The notes under the pieces are model-generated. The model did no database searches, was not told where the DNA came from, and was given only the letters and a program-made list of their open reading frames with translations. From Lytechinus pictus (Eukaryota): a stretch of 64,000 nucleotides of DNA. A program made the position numbers and the translations under genes. Below, piece after piece: positions 1-13,321 of the stretch (within the stretch, counting starts at the first letter, position 1; the number at the start of each line of letters is the position of its first letter). The stretch is taken from assembly GCF_037042905.1 (NCBI RefSeq), contig NW_026974140.1, positions 684,001 to 748,000 on the forward strand, written 5' to 3'.

Positions 1-230
1 CTATGCACAGTATAGAACATCTTTGATATCATAAATGACTGCTAGAATAATGCAGTAACATTTCATCTTTAGGATAATACATGTACAAAGATTTATATCC
101 ACCAACATTGAGATGCCACATGAACTACTTTCACTATTCATACATTGCTGCCATTTTGAGATCACATAAAGAAAGCTAGATTCGACCCAGAATCCTTCCC
201 TCTAACACAACAATAAGTGATTATTATTAA

Positions 231-402
231 TACCTTGGTCACATTCCTTGACCGGTTGCCTTACGGCAAGACAAAATCAGCAGTTTTAGGTATTCCTGTA
301 CAAACCACCCACGTGTAGCTGGTAGTAGCTGGTACAAGGATGATTAAAACTGCTAATTTTGACTCGACGTAAGGCCACGAGCCGGCGAATGTAACCAAGG
401 CT
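231..402. mobile_element. Small palindromic MITE, PIF/Harbinger-like
   Basis: Imperfect TIRs CCTTGGTCACATTC / GAATGTAACCAAGG with internal symmetry; flanked by TAA (228-230, 403-405). Confidence 0.55.
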
Positions 403-880
403 TAAGCAGTATTATGGTGGCAAAAAAACCTGTAATAGCTGAGCAATTGCATTTTCCCCTTCTTGTCAACACCCGATTGGCTTAATACTAAAAGCAGAAC
501 ATCCTTTACTCAACCATGTTATGAAACAATGGATAACCACTTCTGCATGTACAGATAATGCATGGTGCACATACAGTAAGGGATGAAATTATGATGTGTT
601 GATCACCAGTATAAACTTAAAGTACATGAACGTAATCATAATCACTTCATTTTGCTCAGAATTCACTTAAGTCCATAAATACTGAAAGATATTTTTGAAT
701 GAATTTCACATGATTTAGAATGTTCACCATAGGTTAGAAAAAATATGAACATAAGATTACTTTGCCAAAACGTAGATCAAATCTATTGAGACATTAACCT
801 TTTTGACATTGAATAGGCATATCATTGTTTTACACAGTCTTCTTGTCTAAGAATTGCTCCAACTACGTATTGAAGGGTTA

Positions 881-1360
881 TATATGAATGTAAGCATGAG
901 CCCATCATAAACACGAAATTGCGGCATGTAATTTGATTTGCTACATGTCATAATTGATAACTAAATGACGTTCAATACTTGATGTTGCTACATAAAATAA
1001 TTAAGGTCATGTGGCAACGTGAATTCATACCTACTCGAGTCATTTAGTAATTTCAATTAGTATATGACCTAATTAATTATGACATATAGCTCAAAATTGA
1101 CTTGAATAATTATGACCAATTTGATTGACCTTATTTATTTGAAGTAGCAACATCAATTATTTAACATAAGCACTCTCAATCGACGTGGAGTAACTCTTCT
1201 TTAGGTCATGTTACTATTCGAATTGGAACATGTCACTGTTTAGGTCATGCAGCAATTCAAATTACTTGCTCAAGTAAACAATTACAATTGTAATATCACG
1301 CAAAATGAATTAGCTGTACATGACATAATTCTTTTTTTTGATGGGCTTATGCTTCCATAT
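881..1360. mobile_element. Degraded TIR element (MITE)
   Basis: AAGCATGAGCCCATCA near 892-908 is inverted relative to TGATGGGCTTATGCTT near 1339-1355; degenerate internal repeats. Confidence 0.45.
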
Positions 1361-2058
1361 ATTAAGTAAATAGCTTTAATTCTTAATGATTATCCAAAAC
1401 TTCATTTACATGAAATAAACCAATATGAAGAGCATCATATCCAAAGTGATCACCAGTATACCCAATGTTACAGTACAAAAATAAAAAGCTGATTTTCTTA
1501 TGTACTTTCACACACGTTATACATGTGCACTGTATGTCAGTTGACCCTGGCAGACAATAGAATTGACAAGCAGTGAGTCCTACATGTACATGTAGCTGCC
1601 TGGTTTGCATACTTTAATGTTATATGAATTTCAATCATGGCCATGTGCTGTTTATACACTAACTGGAGGGATCTTGTCATAATAAAATGTCAATTAAAAA
1701 CTGAATAAAATCCCAATTATTCTGAATAGACTAGCCCCCTTGCAATGGACATTGTAATCTTGTTTTCTTTTACCTTTCATTCTTTTTGAAAATTTTAATA
1801 CAACTCGTTGGTTTTTTTATACTTTATTAAAGCTTTTATGATTATAAATGTAATTAAATAATTTGACTTTAATCTTGATAAATGTATATTACTGGTATAC
1901 TAATTGTGAATTTTTAGCAAGAAACAGCATTTGTGTTGGATTAGTACATAAAAATGTTGCGAAATTTCGGAACACGTACCCAGGCATCACAAATTTGGTC
2001 TAAAAAAATGTGCAAGACTTGAAAGTAAAAAGGCAGCTAACAGCCTCCCAGTTATTAA

Positions 2059-2460
2059 CCCTTAGTTAAATTGGACCAATTTGACCCCCCCCCCCCTTCC
2101 AAAAATTTTGTGATCATGCTGTCGCACAATTTTTTTAAAACATGCCTCTTTCTAGTCTTGTGCATCTTTTGAGACCAATCTTGTGTCACCCGGTACGTGG
2201 TTCTGTAATAATGTGGCATTATGTAAGTACATGTCATACCAAAAATTGCTCAAAAACATGATTTTGTGTAAAAAGTCAATGCAATAGAGGAAAAAGTATG
2301 ATTTTGTATTCTAATTACGCATAAATTAGTATTATCACTTAATAACAATTTGCGTGAAATAATTTACAATTCAATTTTGTAAATTATGCCTTAGACAACC
2401 CATGCGCCAATCTTCGACGCGACTGTGCGGTCGAGATCTCAAGGGAGGGGGGGGGGGGCT
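2059..2460. mobile_element. piggyBac-like non-autonomous fragment
   Basis: TTAA (2055-2058) followed by a CCCT terminus and C-run; G-run at the far side; right terminus not clear. Confidence 0.4.
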
Positions 2461-3580
2461 GGGAGGCCTGGCCTTAGTTGACTTTCTGGCTCCTCTTGAG
2501 TAGTCACCATTCATTGGACAGCTTGCTTCGGCAGCCTCCTTAAGAAGTTTTTATCCACGTCTGCATAGCATGAGGCAGCTTAATCTGTAGAAAAAAACCA
2601 AATGTACCATTACGATAACATGAACAACATAAAAATAAAAGATATAAGGTGTTTTGCCACCATCTAGATCTCTTTACAAGTACATACATATCGGATCATG
2701 AGGTCCTTGTGGCTATCTCTCTTAGCATATTCTTGCTTATCAAGCAAACTATGCCGAATATTCAAGAGTGACATACAATTTATAATGCAAACAAATTGTC
2801 ATAAGCACATATTGAAACTCTCTAATAAAAAAATGAAGAATAAATCTACATCTCCTAACAAGGATTTTCAACTACACTGTATGCCACTGCATGAATACAA
2901 TCTGCTTAATTTTGCAATTATTATATCTACTGAAGTGAATGCCTACATAATCACCTTTTATGAACTCCAACCGTGTCTTGTACATGATCATGGCCTTTTC
3001 TGTGTACACCTGTAGTATCTTTCCCACATAATGCTGGACTTGCTGCTCGATCATCCAGAGATCCCTCTTTGAATCTTTAATGAAATGAAATGAATTTGAG
3101 TGACATAGTAAAATTTTATTTGCAGATTGATAAAAATACATGATAAAACTTCTTCATTTCCATATTTCAGTGTTACAATTCAGGTGCAAAGAGTCATATT
3201 CTTTAATAATATTAAACATAAAATCAATGAAAACATTAAAAGTAGAGGAGCATTTTAACCTTACTCACAGTCTGTTATTGTCGCTAAAGTCTTTACAATA
3301 AGAAGATTGGACACTTTGCTGACATCGCGTAATGCTTTCCATCGATTTACATGTATAATAGTCTTTGTGCCTAGTCTTTTCTATGTAGTGTCTTTAATAT
3401 GTAGATAAATCATGCGTCCTTTAGCTAATTAGACGAACAATTTCGGAAACTAAAGACGGATCCATATTTTATCAACCGGAAGAGAAATTAGCGCTTAAAT
3501 GAAGCTATTTGAGGGATATTGATAATATTTAGGGTGAATTGGCTTCACATCTTTTCGTAAGTTTGTCATGTTCATAGAAG

Positions 3581-4262
3581 GTTCGAGCGAAGTTCGTGCA
3601 GGCTCCAGTCCACTTCACTTTCGCTACACTACGCTCCACCTACCCAAACTTTGAGACCGTGAACTGGATCTGATATTCTGAGTGACAAAAAGTGGGATTT
3701 TATGGGGGGGGGGGGGAATATAAAATTCATGCAACATCACGCTCTTTAAAAAAATTAAAACTAATATTCTTACTGCACGCAAAGTTTCACTTCTCCATGC
3801 CTCTATCCGTCTCAAAATTGGTGATTTAGAGCCAAAACATGAAGTTCCTCACACGTATCAATATTCAATACATCGCATGCGCGTGAGGTCGGTCGGGCCT
3901 GAGCTCAGACCAGACCCGTTATCTCGCACATATTGCATCCGCATGCAATGTTTTGAAATCGGCAGCGAATTATGAATATGTGTAAGGAACTTCATGTTGG
4001 CTCTAAATCACCAATTTTGAGACTGATAAAAGCATGGAAAAGAAATGAAACTTTGTGTAAAGTAAGAATATTAGTTTTAATTCATTTTAAAAATCAAGAT
4101 GTTGCATGAATTTTATATCCCCCCCCCCCCCCCATAAAATCCCACCTCTGTCACTCGGAATATCAGATCGAGTTCACGGTCTCGAAGTTCGAGTAGGTGG
4201 AGCGTAGTGTTGTGTAGCGGTAGTCAAGTGGAGCGGAGCCTGCACAAACTTTGCTTGAAGTA
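3581..4262. mobile_element. Fold-back element with about 280 bp inverted arms
   Basis: About 3581-3855 is the reverse complement of about 3980-4260 (e.g. CCACCTACCCAAACTTTGAGACCGTGAACT vs AGTTCACGGTCTCGAAGTTCGAGTAGGTGG). The outer arms resemble the MITE at 38060-38208. Confidence 0.8.
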
Positions 4263-5338
4263 GGGATTGCCATGCAATTGTTGAGATTGTACACAGCGGC
4301 ACGTAATACACCCACCGGTGCTCTCTTGGCTTTCCATGTGATACCACTACCGTCTATCATTAAGAAAGAAGTTGACAGGTTAAAGGCTTGGAGGTGTCAT
4401 AGATATTTACTATTTAGTTAGGTTGTCGTCCCCGATCTGGCGCGAATGCAGTTTCGCACCGGCCGATTTCCAGCATACCTCATCACCAATACTTGTTCCC
4501 AAATGTCATGACAAGTCTCTCAGTCACATTTCAGTGTCAATATACCCAATGCTTTACAAAATATTGTGATCGAGAACGGCTGTATTTCGGCTTCGATCTT
4601 GACGTCGTTGAACTAATCCGTAGACATCGCTTTGCGGATCGCTTGGATTCGCTGTGCGCCGTATATTGATATGGACTGAATTTAACAACCAAATCATGCG
4701 AACATGTGGCAAACGAACTGCCAGCATGCTGCATGTGAATCTTTTGGTTGCATAACTTCATTCCATATCAACATGACGGCGAGCGGTGAAGCCAAGCGAA
4801 GCGATGTTTGACTGAGGATTCGAACGATCGATGCCTTCAAGATCGCAGTCAAAACACAGCTGTTACTGCTCGCAATAATAGGAAAAGCGGCGCTAATGCA
4901 GTTTCGCACCGGCCGATTACCAGCATACCTCATCACCAATACTTGTTCCCAAATGTCATGACAAGTCTCTCAGTCACATTTCAGTGTCAATATACCCAAT
5001 GCTTTACAAAATATTGTGATCGAGAACGGCTGTATTTCGGCTTCGATCTCGACGTCGTTGAACTAATCCGTAGACATCGCTTTGCGGATCGCTTGGATTC
5101 GCTGTGCGCCGTATATTGATATGGACTGAATTTAGCAACCAAATCATGCGAACATGTGGCAAACGAACTGCCAGCATGCTGCATGTGAATCTTTTGGTTG
5201 CATAACTTCAGTCCATATCAACATTACGTCGAGCGGTGAAGCCAGGCGAAGCGATGTTTGACTGAGGATTCGAACGATCGATGCCTTCAAGATCGCAGTC
5301 AAAACACAGCTGTTACTGCTCGCAATATTAGGAAAAGC

Positions 5339-5834
5339 GGCGCTAATGCAGTTTCGCACCGGCCGATTACCAGCATACCTCATCACCAATATCTGTTCCA
5401 AATTTCATGACAAGTCTCTCAGTCACATTTCGATGTCAATATACCCACTGCATTTCAAAATATCGTGATCGGGAACGGCTGTATTTCGGCTTAGATCTTG
5501 ACCTTGTTGATCTACGGCTTAGATCTTGACCTCATTGATCTAATCCGTAGACATTGCTTCGCAGATCGCTTGGATTTGCCATTGCTGTAATGTTAATATG
5601 GACTGAATTTAGCAACCAAATAATGTGAGCGAAGCGATGTTTGACTGAGGATTCGAACGATCGATGTCTTCGAGATCGCAGTAAAAATACAGCCGTTACC
5701 CCTCGCAATATTTGGGAAAGCAGTGGGTATATTGACATCGAAATGTAAACCAAGAGACTTGTCATGACATCTGGGAGCAAGTATTGGTGATGAGGTATGC
5801 TGGTAATCGCCAGATGCGAAACTGCATTAGCGCC
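5339..5834. mobile_element. Merlin-like MITE, inner copy of the same family
   Basis: About 115 bp TIRs, GGCGCTAATGCAG...CTGCATTAGCGCC; exact 8 bp TSD GGAAAAGC at 5331-5338 and 5835-5842. Confidence 0.8.
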
Positions 5835-5888
5835 GGAAAAGCAGTGGGTATATTGACGACGAAATGTGACTGAGAGACTTGTCATGAC

Positions 5889-6381
5889 TGGCCTGGAGGC
5901 GTCTGGGGAGTAAAATTATTTCTAGTATACGTAGGCGTAGCACATAAATATTTATTGGCTAATGCAAGTATTTTATAATTAACGATTATCATCGGCAGAA
6001 GTTTTTTTTTTTTTTTTATTGGCACTGCTCATGATATCGTCGCCCTCTCTTATACGCGTCTTGTAACTAGGCTACGAACAAAGAAGGAAATATGGCGACA
6101 AGATCATCGGTGAGTATCTGCTCATCTTCTCACATGATTTTTCTTAATATTTGTATTATTTTTCGTGTAAAAAAAACTTTATAAATGCCTAATGGGGGGA
6201 AATGAACTTCTTTTCCATTTACAAAATTGTGTGATAAGCAAGTTAAATAAATCAAATATTTTGGAGCAACATTGTTTTCTCCAAAAACTCTCCTTCGTGT
6301 GGCCCAATTCCTTGCCAGGCGTCATGGGGAGTAAGCCTACATATAGTAGAAATAATTTTACTCCCAGACGCCTCCAGGCTA
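5889..6381. mobile_element. TIR element inserted in the right arm of the Merlin-like element
   Basis: About 48 bp TIRs T(G/A)GCCTGGAGGCGTCTGGG(G)AGTAAAATTATTTCTA; flanked by GTCATGAC at 5881-5888 and 6382-6389. Confidence 0.75.
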
Positions 6382-6969
6382 GTCATGACAAGACATGATT
6401 TGGGACCAAGTATTGCTAGCCTATTGGTGATGAGGTATGCTAGCACTGTAATCGGCGGGTGCGAAACTGCATTAGCGCCCCCGATCCACTCACACAAGCA
6501 TGCGAGGTTAGCAGGGCCGTAGCCAGAAGCATTTTGTTGGGGGCGTGTACCACCTAAATTTGCCAACTAAATTTGGCGTGACAGCGCCAACGTGAGTACA
6601 GGGGGAGTCTGATGGGGGATGTGCCCCCCCCCCCCTACAATAATCACATGCTAAAATATTTTGAATTTTTAGAATTGAATTAGTGGCATTTGGTGAATAC
6701 TTTAAGGTAAATTATACAAAGATATTTGCACTTTAAAAATAAACATTTTGGATCAAAATAGAAAGGCTAGTGTGCCGTAGTTGCTAACTTGCAGTATAAT
6801 GATATACCCTATGCATTAATAATATCAAAATCAAAGATTTTTTAATTTTTAATTGACCTTCTGTGCAAGATGTCTCAACTAAAAATTCAAGAGTGCTACT
6901 GCTAACAGTGGCGTACCGTGGGTCACGGCATTGGGGGGGGGGGGGCACCAACAAAAATTTAGAGTCATT

Positions 6970-7530
6970 AAGTGGGCGCGCGAAGCGCGCTCAATTGCCA
7001 GGTATAATGGCCTGATAGGGACATTTTAAGGACTGTGCCATTAAAAGGATATGTATCTTAGTGATCAAATAATGCGAGCGCGAAGCGCGAGCTGAAAATG
7101 TTTGATATTCAGTCCTAAAAAGGGACATAATAAGCAAAGTTTTGTAATCATGATACGTACCTGTCTTACAAAACAAACAATGCGAGCGCGAAGCGCGAGC
7201 TGAAATTTTTTGTATAACTTAACCCTAAAAAGGGACATTTTCAGGACTATCTTTGGGAATTTATGAAGTGCGTACGTATCTCATCATAGTCATCTAATGC
7301 GAGCGCCAAGCGTTCGCTGATTTTGTTAGAATTACACTGGCACATGAAGCACTTTTTGTGGTCATTGTAATCATGAACATGATACGTATTTCACTAATGA
7401 AATATTGCGGGCGAGAAGCGCGAGCTGACAATTTTTGAAATTCAGACCTGAAGAGGGGCATTCTATGGCTTGTTTGTAGGAATTTACTATTTCACTAATT
7501 AAGTGATGCGAGCGCGAAGCGCGAGCTGAA
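6970..7530 (+). repeat. Loose 100-115 bp repeat carrying the GCGAGCGCGAAGCGCGAGC motif
   Basis: Motif copies near 6975, 7073, 7182, 7298, 7407 and 7508. Confidence 0.75.
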
Positions 7531-8494
7531 AATTTGTTATAATTAGATCAGAAAAAGGGACATTTTAAGGACTGTCTTTAGGAATTCGTGCACTGCAAAA
7601 ACGCCGGTGTTGATTTAACACCAGCCCGGTATCTATATCGGTCCACACTAATGCGAACGTAAGCACAGACTAGAAATGTTTTATTAAGGCCTTAAAAGGG
7701 GGCAATCACTTTAAGTATATAGTCATGAAAAAAGCATATGTCACTACATAAAACAATGATAACTTGAAGTGCAAGGAGATAGTTTGGTGCATAATCTTTA
7801 TGGGCTTAAAATACAACAGGAATATATATCTTATTAGTCAGACAATGCGAGCACCAGGAATGATGCAACCCCAACCTGCCCCCATCCCCACCCTAAGCAC
7901 CTTCTGACACCATAAATTAAAAAAAAAGTTTAGTAAAAATAACTTAGAACATTTTTGTGTTTTTTGCCAACTGCAAACTTGTAGACAAGTCTACAAGTTG
8001 TAGACTTGTCTTCATGAATTTGCCAACTGCAGAGTTACCAGTTTTTTTAAGTCATGTGTTCTGTTCTTTTCAGATCTGAAACGGGGCAGTACTTGTACAT
8101 CACTTTGCTGACTGGTAGAGCGTATAGTGTTCTGCCACTTTAATAGGCCCACTTTATAATTTGCCAACTATACTTTGGCTTTGATTATTCAACTTAAACC
8201 TTGGAAATTCATCCCACCCAATATTTATGTAGCTAGTATTGCCTCTGATTTTACAAAACTAATGTGTTTGTTAAATCGTAAATAATTGTGGTATAATTTG
8301 CAAACTAACAAGCTTGTTCATATTGGGGGAGGACCGGGGGCTTACTTTGTGTGTTATTATAGCTCCATCTGTTTTGTACCTAGTATTTTGCTGACTAGTA
8401 GGGCTCTAAGCCTGGCTACATGGACTTGGATTTGCCAATTGGTTGTCTTTACTCTAAAAAGTCTCGTAAAACTCTTCGAAGTTAGTACCCCTAT

Positions 8495-8507
8495 TTTTCT
8501 TTCCTTT

Positions 8508-8562
<55 letters not shown>

Positions 8563-8585
8563 CTCTTCTTTCTTTCTTTTTCTCC
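8495..8585 (+). repeat. (CTTT)n microsatellite
   Basis: Directly visible tetranucleotide run. Confidence 0.9.
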
Positions 8586-9689
8586 CCTATCCTGCATTTT
8601 GCCAACTGGTACATGATTTTGCCGACTGCCACGAATGTTGGGGGGGGGGGGGGGTGTCACACCCCCCCCCCCATACCCCCCCTCTAGCTACGGCCCTGGA
8701 GGTTAGTTATACTAACCTCGCACAACGCATGTCATTTCATAATGAATTATGACGTTTTCATTCATCACACGAATGTGAGAGAATGACACACGCCAAAATC
8801 TTGAGAATATACTGAAACATACTAAAACAGGCATCTCACGTATAATCGCTGATGGCGCTACATCATAAAATAACGCTGAACAGCGAAAAAAATGCGGAGC
8901 GCCAAGAACGCAACCAGCAGTACAGCTGATCTGACGTAAACGACGGAAACAAGAATGTTTATTAAATAATATCACGCGCCCTCTCAGTGCGTATAGAGTA
9001 AACCAGCGAATCGGCAGCATGCCTGCTTCGACATCAAGGAAAATGTTTGTTATAAAGTACCAGAAAGACAGAGAGGAATTGAAATTGGCTTCATATCGTT
9101 TGGTAAGTTTCATATCCAAAGCTTATCTTACATAAAATCTTTATATATCGCTAGTTTACAAGAAACCGCACTAAAAGGCCTTACTTTTGCAAATGCCGTG
9201 CCAATGGACAGTGGTTATCCTGTGCACGGCGGCGGTAATGTACCCATTGCCTGGGTGCCCCCGATCTTCATGATCTTGCCTTTCTTGGCAAGGAGGGCTT
9301 CGTGAAACGGTTAGCGGACAAGTAGCTTACTATCTTTGATTTAGTCAAGACTTACGACGGTGTTGAAAAACGGGCCCCTGACCTGGCTACAATACAAACA
9401 TCCTCACCGCCGCAATCAATACACATGTATACCCAGTTGTTGTGTGTCCGGACGGGTTGTGTGTCCGGACGATCATTTTTAGAAAGTCATTTGGAAAAAT
9501 CTACAAACGAAGTTTCATAAATGTTTAGTACAAAATGTTAGAAAATATTACAGAGAACAAAATAGAAGATGATTACAACTATTGAATTCGTATTTTTAGT
9601 GTAATCCAAAGACAAAAAAAGAAGGCTTCAAAATATAAAGTGTCCGGACACCCGACCCCCCATTCTACTAGTACTAGCCAGCCGTTGGC

Positions 9690-10060
9690 CGTCCCCGGCC
9701 GCGCACACGTTCCGCAGATCAGCGCCCACCCGTTAAGCGAGCAAGATCGGGAACAACCCAGTGCTGTGGCCGTACGTTATAGATGATTAAAAAGTCGAAG
9801 AAATTTAAGTGTATGCCGCGCCAAACTACGAAAAATGGATCTAACTTACTGTTTAGCCTGTTGTGTGAATGTCTTAAGAAGTCGTTGTCCGAATATGATC
9901 CATATTCTGTCAGTTTTTGTTGAATTATTGACGGCCTTCTTCAGGTTCGGCAGAGCAGTTACGAAAGTTATTTTTCAAATGGCGGAAACCGGAAGCACGT
10001 GAACACACGCGTGCGCATTAGGAGTCAGCGCCGCAGTCCGTGCGTTTGTACGGGGAGGGG
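9690..10060 (-). promoter_or_regulatory. CpG-rich promoter-like patch with candidate first exon
   Basis: Adjacent CAAATGGCGG (YY1-like, 9976), CCGGAAG (ETS-like, 9989) and CACGTG (E-box, 9996); minus-strand donor GTAAGT at 9849-9844. Confidence 0.3.
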
Positions 10061-10635
10061 GGGGGGGTTCTTACTTTTTACTTGGCAACTAGTCAATTTG
10101 ACTATTTTCGCCATCATATGTATCATATTATTAATGTAAAGTAATTGAATAAAGTAAAATTCAAATATTTATTTCTTCTTCCTTTCTTTTTCTTTTCTAT
10201 GTCTTTTAATTTTTTCTTTCTCTGTATTTCTTTTTTTAATAGGATTTAAAAACATGTCTCACATTTAAAAGCAGGGCTTTTACTGAAAATATGTTATATA
10301 GGCCTACTAGTATATGCAAGTAGGATGGAGATGACAAAGAAAGAAATGAGGAAAATCACAGCTCCAATCCTATGTATTTTTCATTTTATTTATTTTAAAA
10401 AACACACATTTTATCCTTTCTTGCGATCGAAGGAAAGATCCCTTTATAAGTTTCAAGTATATAGTAAAAGAAAATAATCTTAGATCATATGCGGCAGGGT
10501 ATTTTGATAAGTAGTCCAGTAGATATGTGAAAAAGATGCTCGAATCTGGCAGAAAGTGTGAAATTTGGCACACAGGGGTATTTTTGGGCGCTGATTTCAA
10601 AAATTGCCGGCCCCAAGCGATTTTACCTTCGGGTC

Positions 10636-11955
10636 GGCCGCCATTTTGAAATCCAAGATGGCCGCCATGAAAAATCATTAAATGTCATTTTCTTGAGTTT
10701 TACATGGCATGTGACACTGAAATTTGGCATATAGGGGTATTTTGAGGCACTGATTTCAAATATTGCCGGCCCCCAGCAATTTGACCATTTGGCCGGCGGC
10801 TAAATGGCCGCCATCTTGGAATCCAAGATGGCCGCCATGATATATATTATTGCAATCATTTTCTCGAGTTTTATATGAACTGCGGTATTGAAATTTGGCA
10901 TATAGGCTTAATTTGGGGTGCTGATTTCAAATATTGCCGGCCCCAAATGATTTGACCATCGGTTCGGCCGCCATTTTGAAATCCAAGATGGCCGCCATGA
11001 AAAATCATTAAATGTCATTTTCTTGAGTTTTACATGGCATGTGACACTGAAATTTGGCATATAGGGGTATTTTGAGGCACTGATTTCAAATATTGCCGGC
11101 CCCCAGCAATTTGACCATTTGGCCGGCGGCTAAATGGCCGCCATCTTGGAATCCAAGATGGCCGCCATGATATATATTATTGCAATCATTTTCTCGAGTT
11201 TTATATGAACTGCGGTATTGAAATTTGGCATATAGGCTTAATTTGGGGTGCTGATTTCAAATATTGCCGGCCCCAAGTGATTTGACCATCGGTTCGGCCG
11301 CCATTTTGAAATCCAAGATGGCCGCCATGAAAAATCATTAAATGTCATTTTCTTGAGTTTTACATGGCATGTGACACTGAAATTTGGCATATAGGGGTAT
11401 TTTGAGGCACTGATTTCAAATATTGCCGGCCCCCAGCAATTTGACCATTTGGCCGGCGGCTAAATGGCCGCCATCTTGGAATCCAAGATGGCCGCCATGA
11501 TATATATTATTGCAATCATTTTCTCGAGTTTTATATGAACTGCGGTATTGAAATTTGGCATATAGGCTTAATTTGGGGTGCTGATTTCAAATATTGCCGG
11601 CCCCAAGTGATTTGACCATCGGTTCGGCCGCCATTTTGAAATCCAAGATGGCCGCCATGAAAAATCATTAAATGTCATTTTCTTGAGTTTTACATGGCAT
11701 GTTATACTGAAATTTTGCATATAGGGGTATTTTGAGGCACTGATTTCAAATATTGCCGGCCCCCAGCAATTTGACCATTTGGCCGGCGGCTAAATGGCCG
11801 CCATCTTGGAATCCAAGATGGCCGCCATGATATATTATTGCAATCATTTTCTCGAGTTTTATATGAACTGCGGTATTGAAATTTGGCATATAGGCTTAAT
11901 TTGGGGTGCTGATTTCTAATATTGCCAGCACCAAGTGATTTTACCATCGGTTCGG
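10636..11955 (+). repeat. 330 bp tandem array (4 near-identical units, each of two 160-170 bp subunits)
   Basis: GGCCGCCATTTTGAAATCCAAGATGG recurs at 10636, 10966, 11296, 11626 and about 11954. Confidence 0.9.
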
Positions 11956-13321
11956 CCGCCATTTTGAAATCCAAGATGGCCGCCATGAGAAATCTTTAAT
12001 GTCATTTTCATGAGTTTTACATGACGTGTGACACTGAAATTTGGCATATAGGGGTATTTTTAGGCACTGATTTCAAATATTGCCGGCCCCCAGCAATTTG
12101 ACAATTTGGTCGGTGGCAAAATGGCCGCCATTTTGAAATCCAAGATGGCCGCCATGAAAAATCATTAAATGTCATTTTCTTGAGTTTTACATGATAGGCG
12201 ACACTGAAATTTGGCATATAGGGGTATTTTGAGGCACTGATGTCAAATATTGCCGGCCCCCAGCAATTTGACCTCCAGGTCAGCAGCAAAACGGCCGCCA
12301 TCTTAAAATCCAAGATGGCCGCCATGAAAGATAATTTGCTCAAGTCTTACGTATGGCCTGTAACACTTTAAATTTGGAAAAAAACTTGATCTTTGCATCC
12401 TTGATCAATGAAAAGAACATAGTAAATAGATGCTATTTTGAATTCCAATATGGTTACCAAGTTTGAATGATGTTCAACATTATAATGGTGAGTAAAACCC
12501 ATTGCATTGGCACTGAAAACAAATCCAACACAACCACATCTTTGTCCGTTGCAAGGAATTTGGCATCCTTAATTGCTGATATAGATGTTACGTAAGTATG
12601 AAGCACCATAAATGCACAAACCAGCTAGCTTCTTCTGCAGTTACACATTTGAAGTGGCTTTGGTTGAATAATAACCATCCAGAACAATCATTTTCTGTTG
12701 AGAGGCTTTAAATTATTTCTTTGAGTTTTATATGATCTGCATTATTGCACTTTGACAAATCGACGGAGTGTGGGGTGCTTATTTCAAATATTGCTGGCCC
12801 TCAGCGATCTGATCCCGAGTCAGAGGCAAAATGTCAGCCATCTTGAAATCCAAGATGGCTGCCATGAAAAAAGATCATTGAAAAAAAATCACTTTATCTA
12901 GTATCACGTAACGTATTATTTTAAAGTTTGGCATCTAGGGATATTGAAATTGCCCCCAGTAATCTGTCCAACAGATATGCTGCAAAATGGCCACCATCTT
13001 GAAATCTAGAGAGGGTAGACTGTCATGAAAATTCATTAAAATCATTTTCTTGGTTTTAAACAATTTGAGGCACTGCATTTTAGAAATACAGGCAGGATTT
13101 TGGCCCGCTGGTTTTAGAATATTGCTCCAATAATTGCAATATTTTATTACAAATCAACATGAAGAAAACTGCTCCAGACTTGAAGTACTGATGGTTATAT
13201 AGTAGTATGATGATGATGATGAAATGAAATTAATATTAATAATCGATGATAATAATACATATTTTATTGTTCAAAATAGAATTCAGTAACAGAAATGCTC
13301 CGAAAAATTTTTTTGCCCATA

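Larger units (their letters stand above)
4439..6479. mobile_element. Merlin-like non-autonomous DNA transposon, outer copy with 450 bp internal tandem duplication
   Basis: Termini GGCGCGAATGCAGTTTCGCACC / GGTGCGAAACTGCATTAGCGCC; 8 bp TSD CCCGATCT (4431-4438) / CCCGATCC (6480-6487); 4439-4888 is nearly identical to 4889-5338. GGNRM ends plus an 8 bp TSD fit Merlin. Confidence 0.7.
6512..8698. mobile_element. hAT-like non-autonomous element
   Basis: TIR CAGGGCCGTAGC / GCTACGGCCCTG; exact 8 bp TSD GAGGTTAG (6504-6511, 8699-8706); contains nested fragments. Confidence 0.8.

Noticed and set aside
4537..5885. Overlapping ORFs in the 450 bp repeats
   Set aside because: No transposase motifs; chance frames in a MITE.
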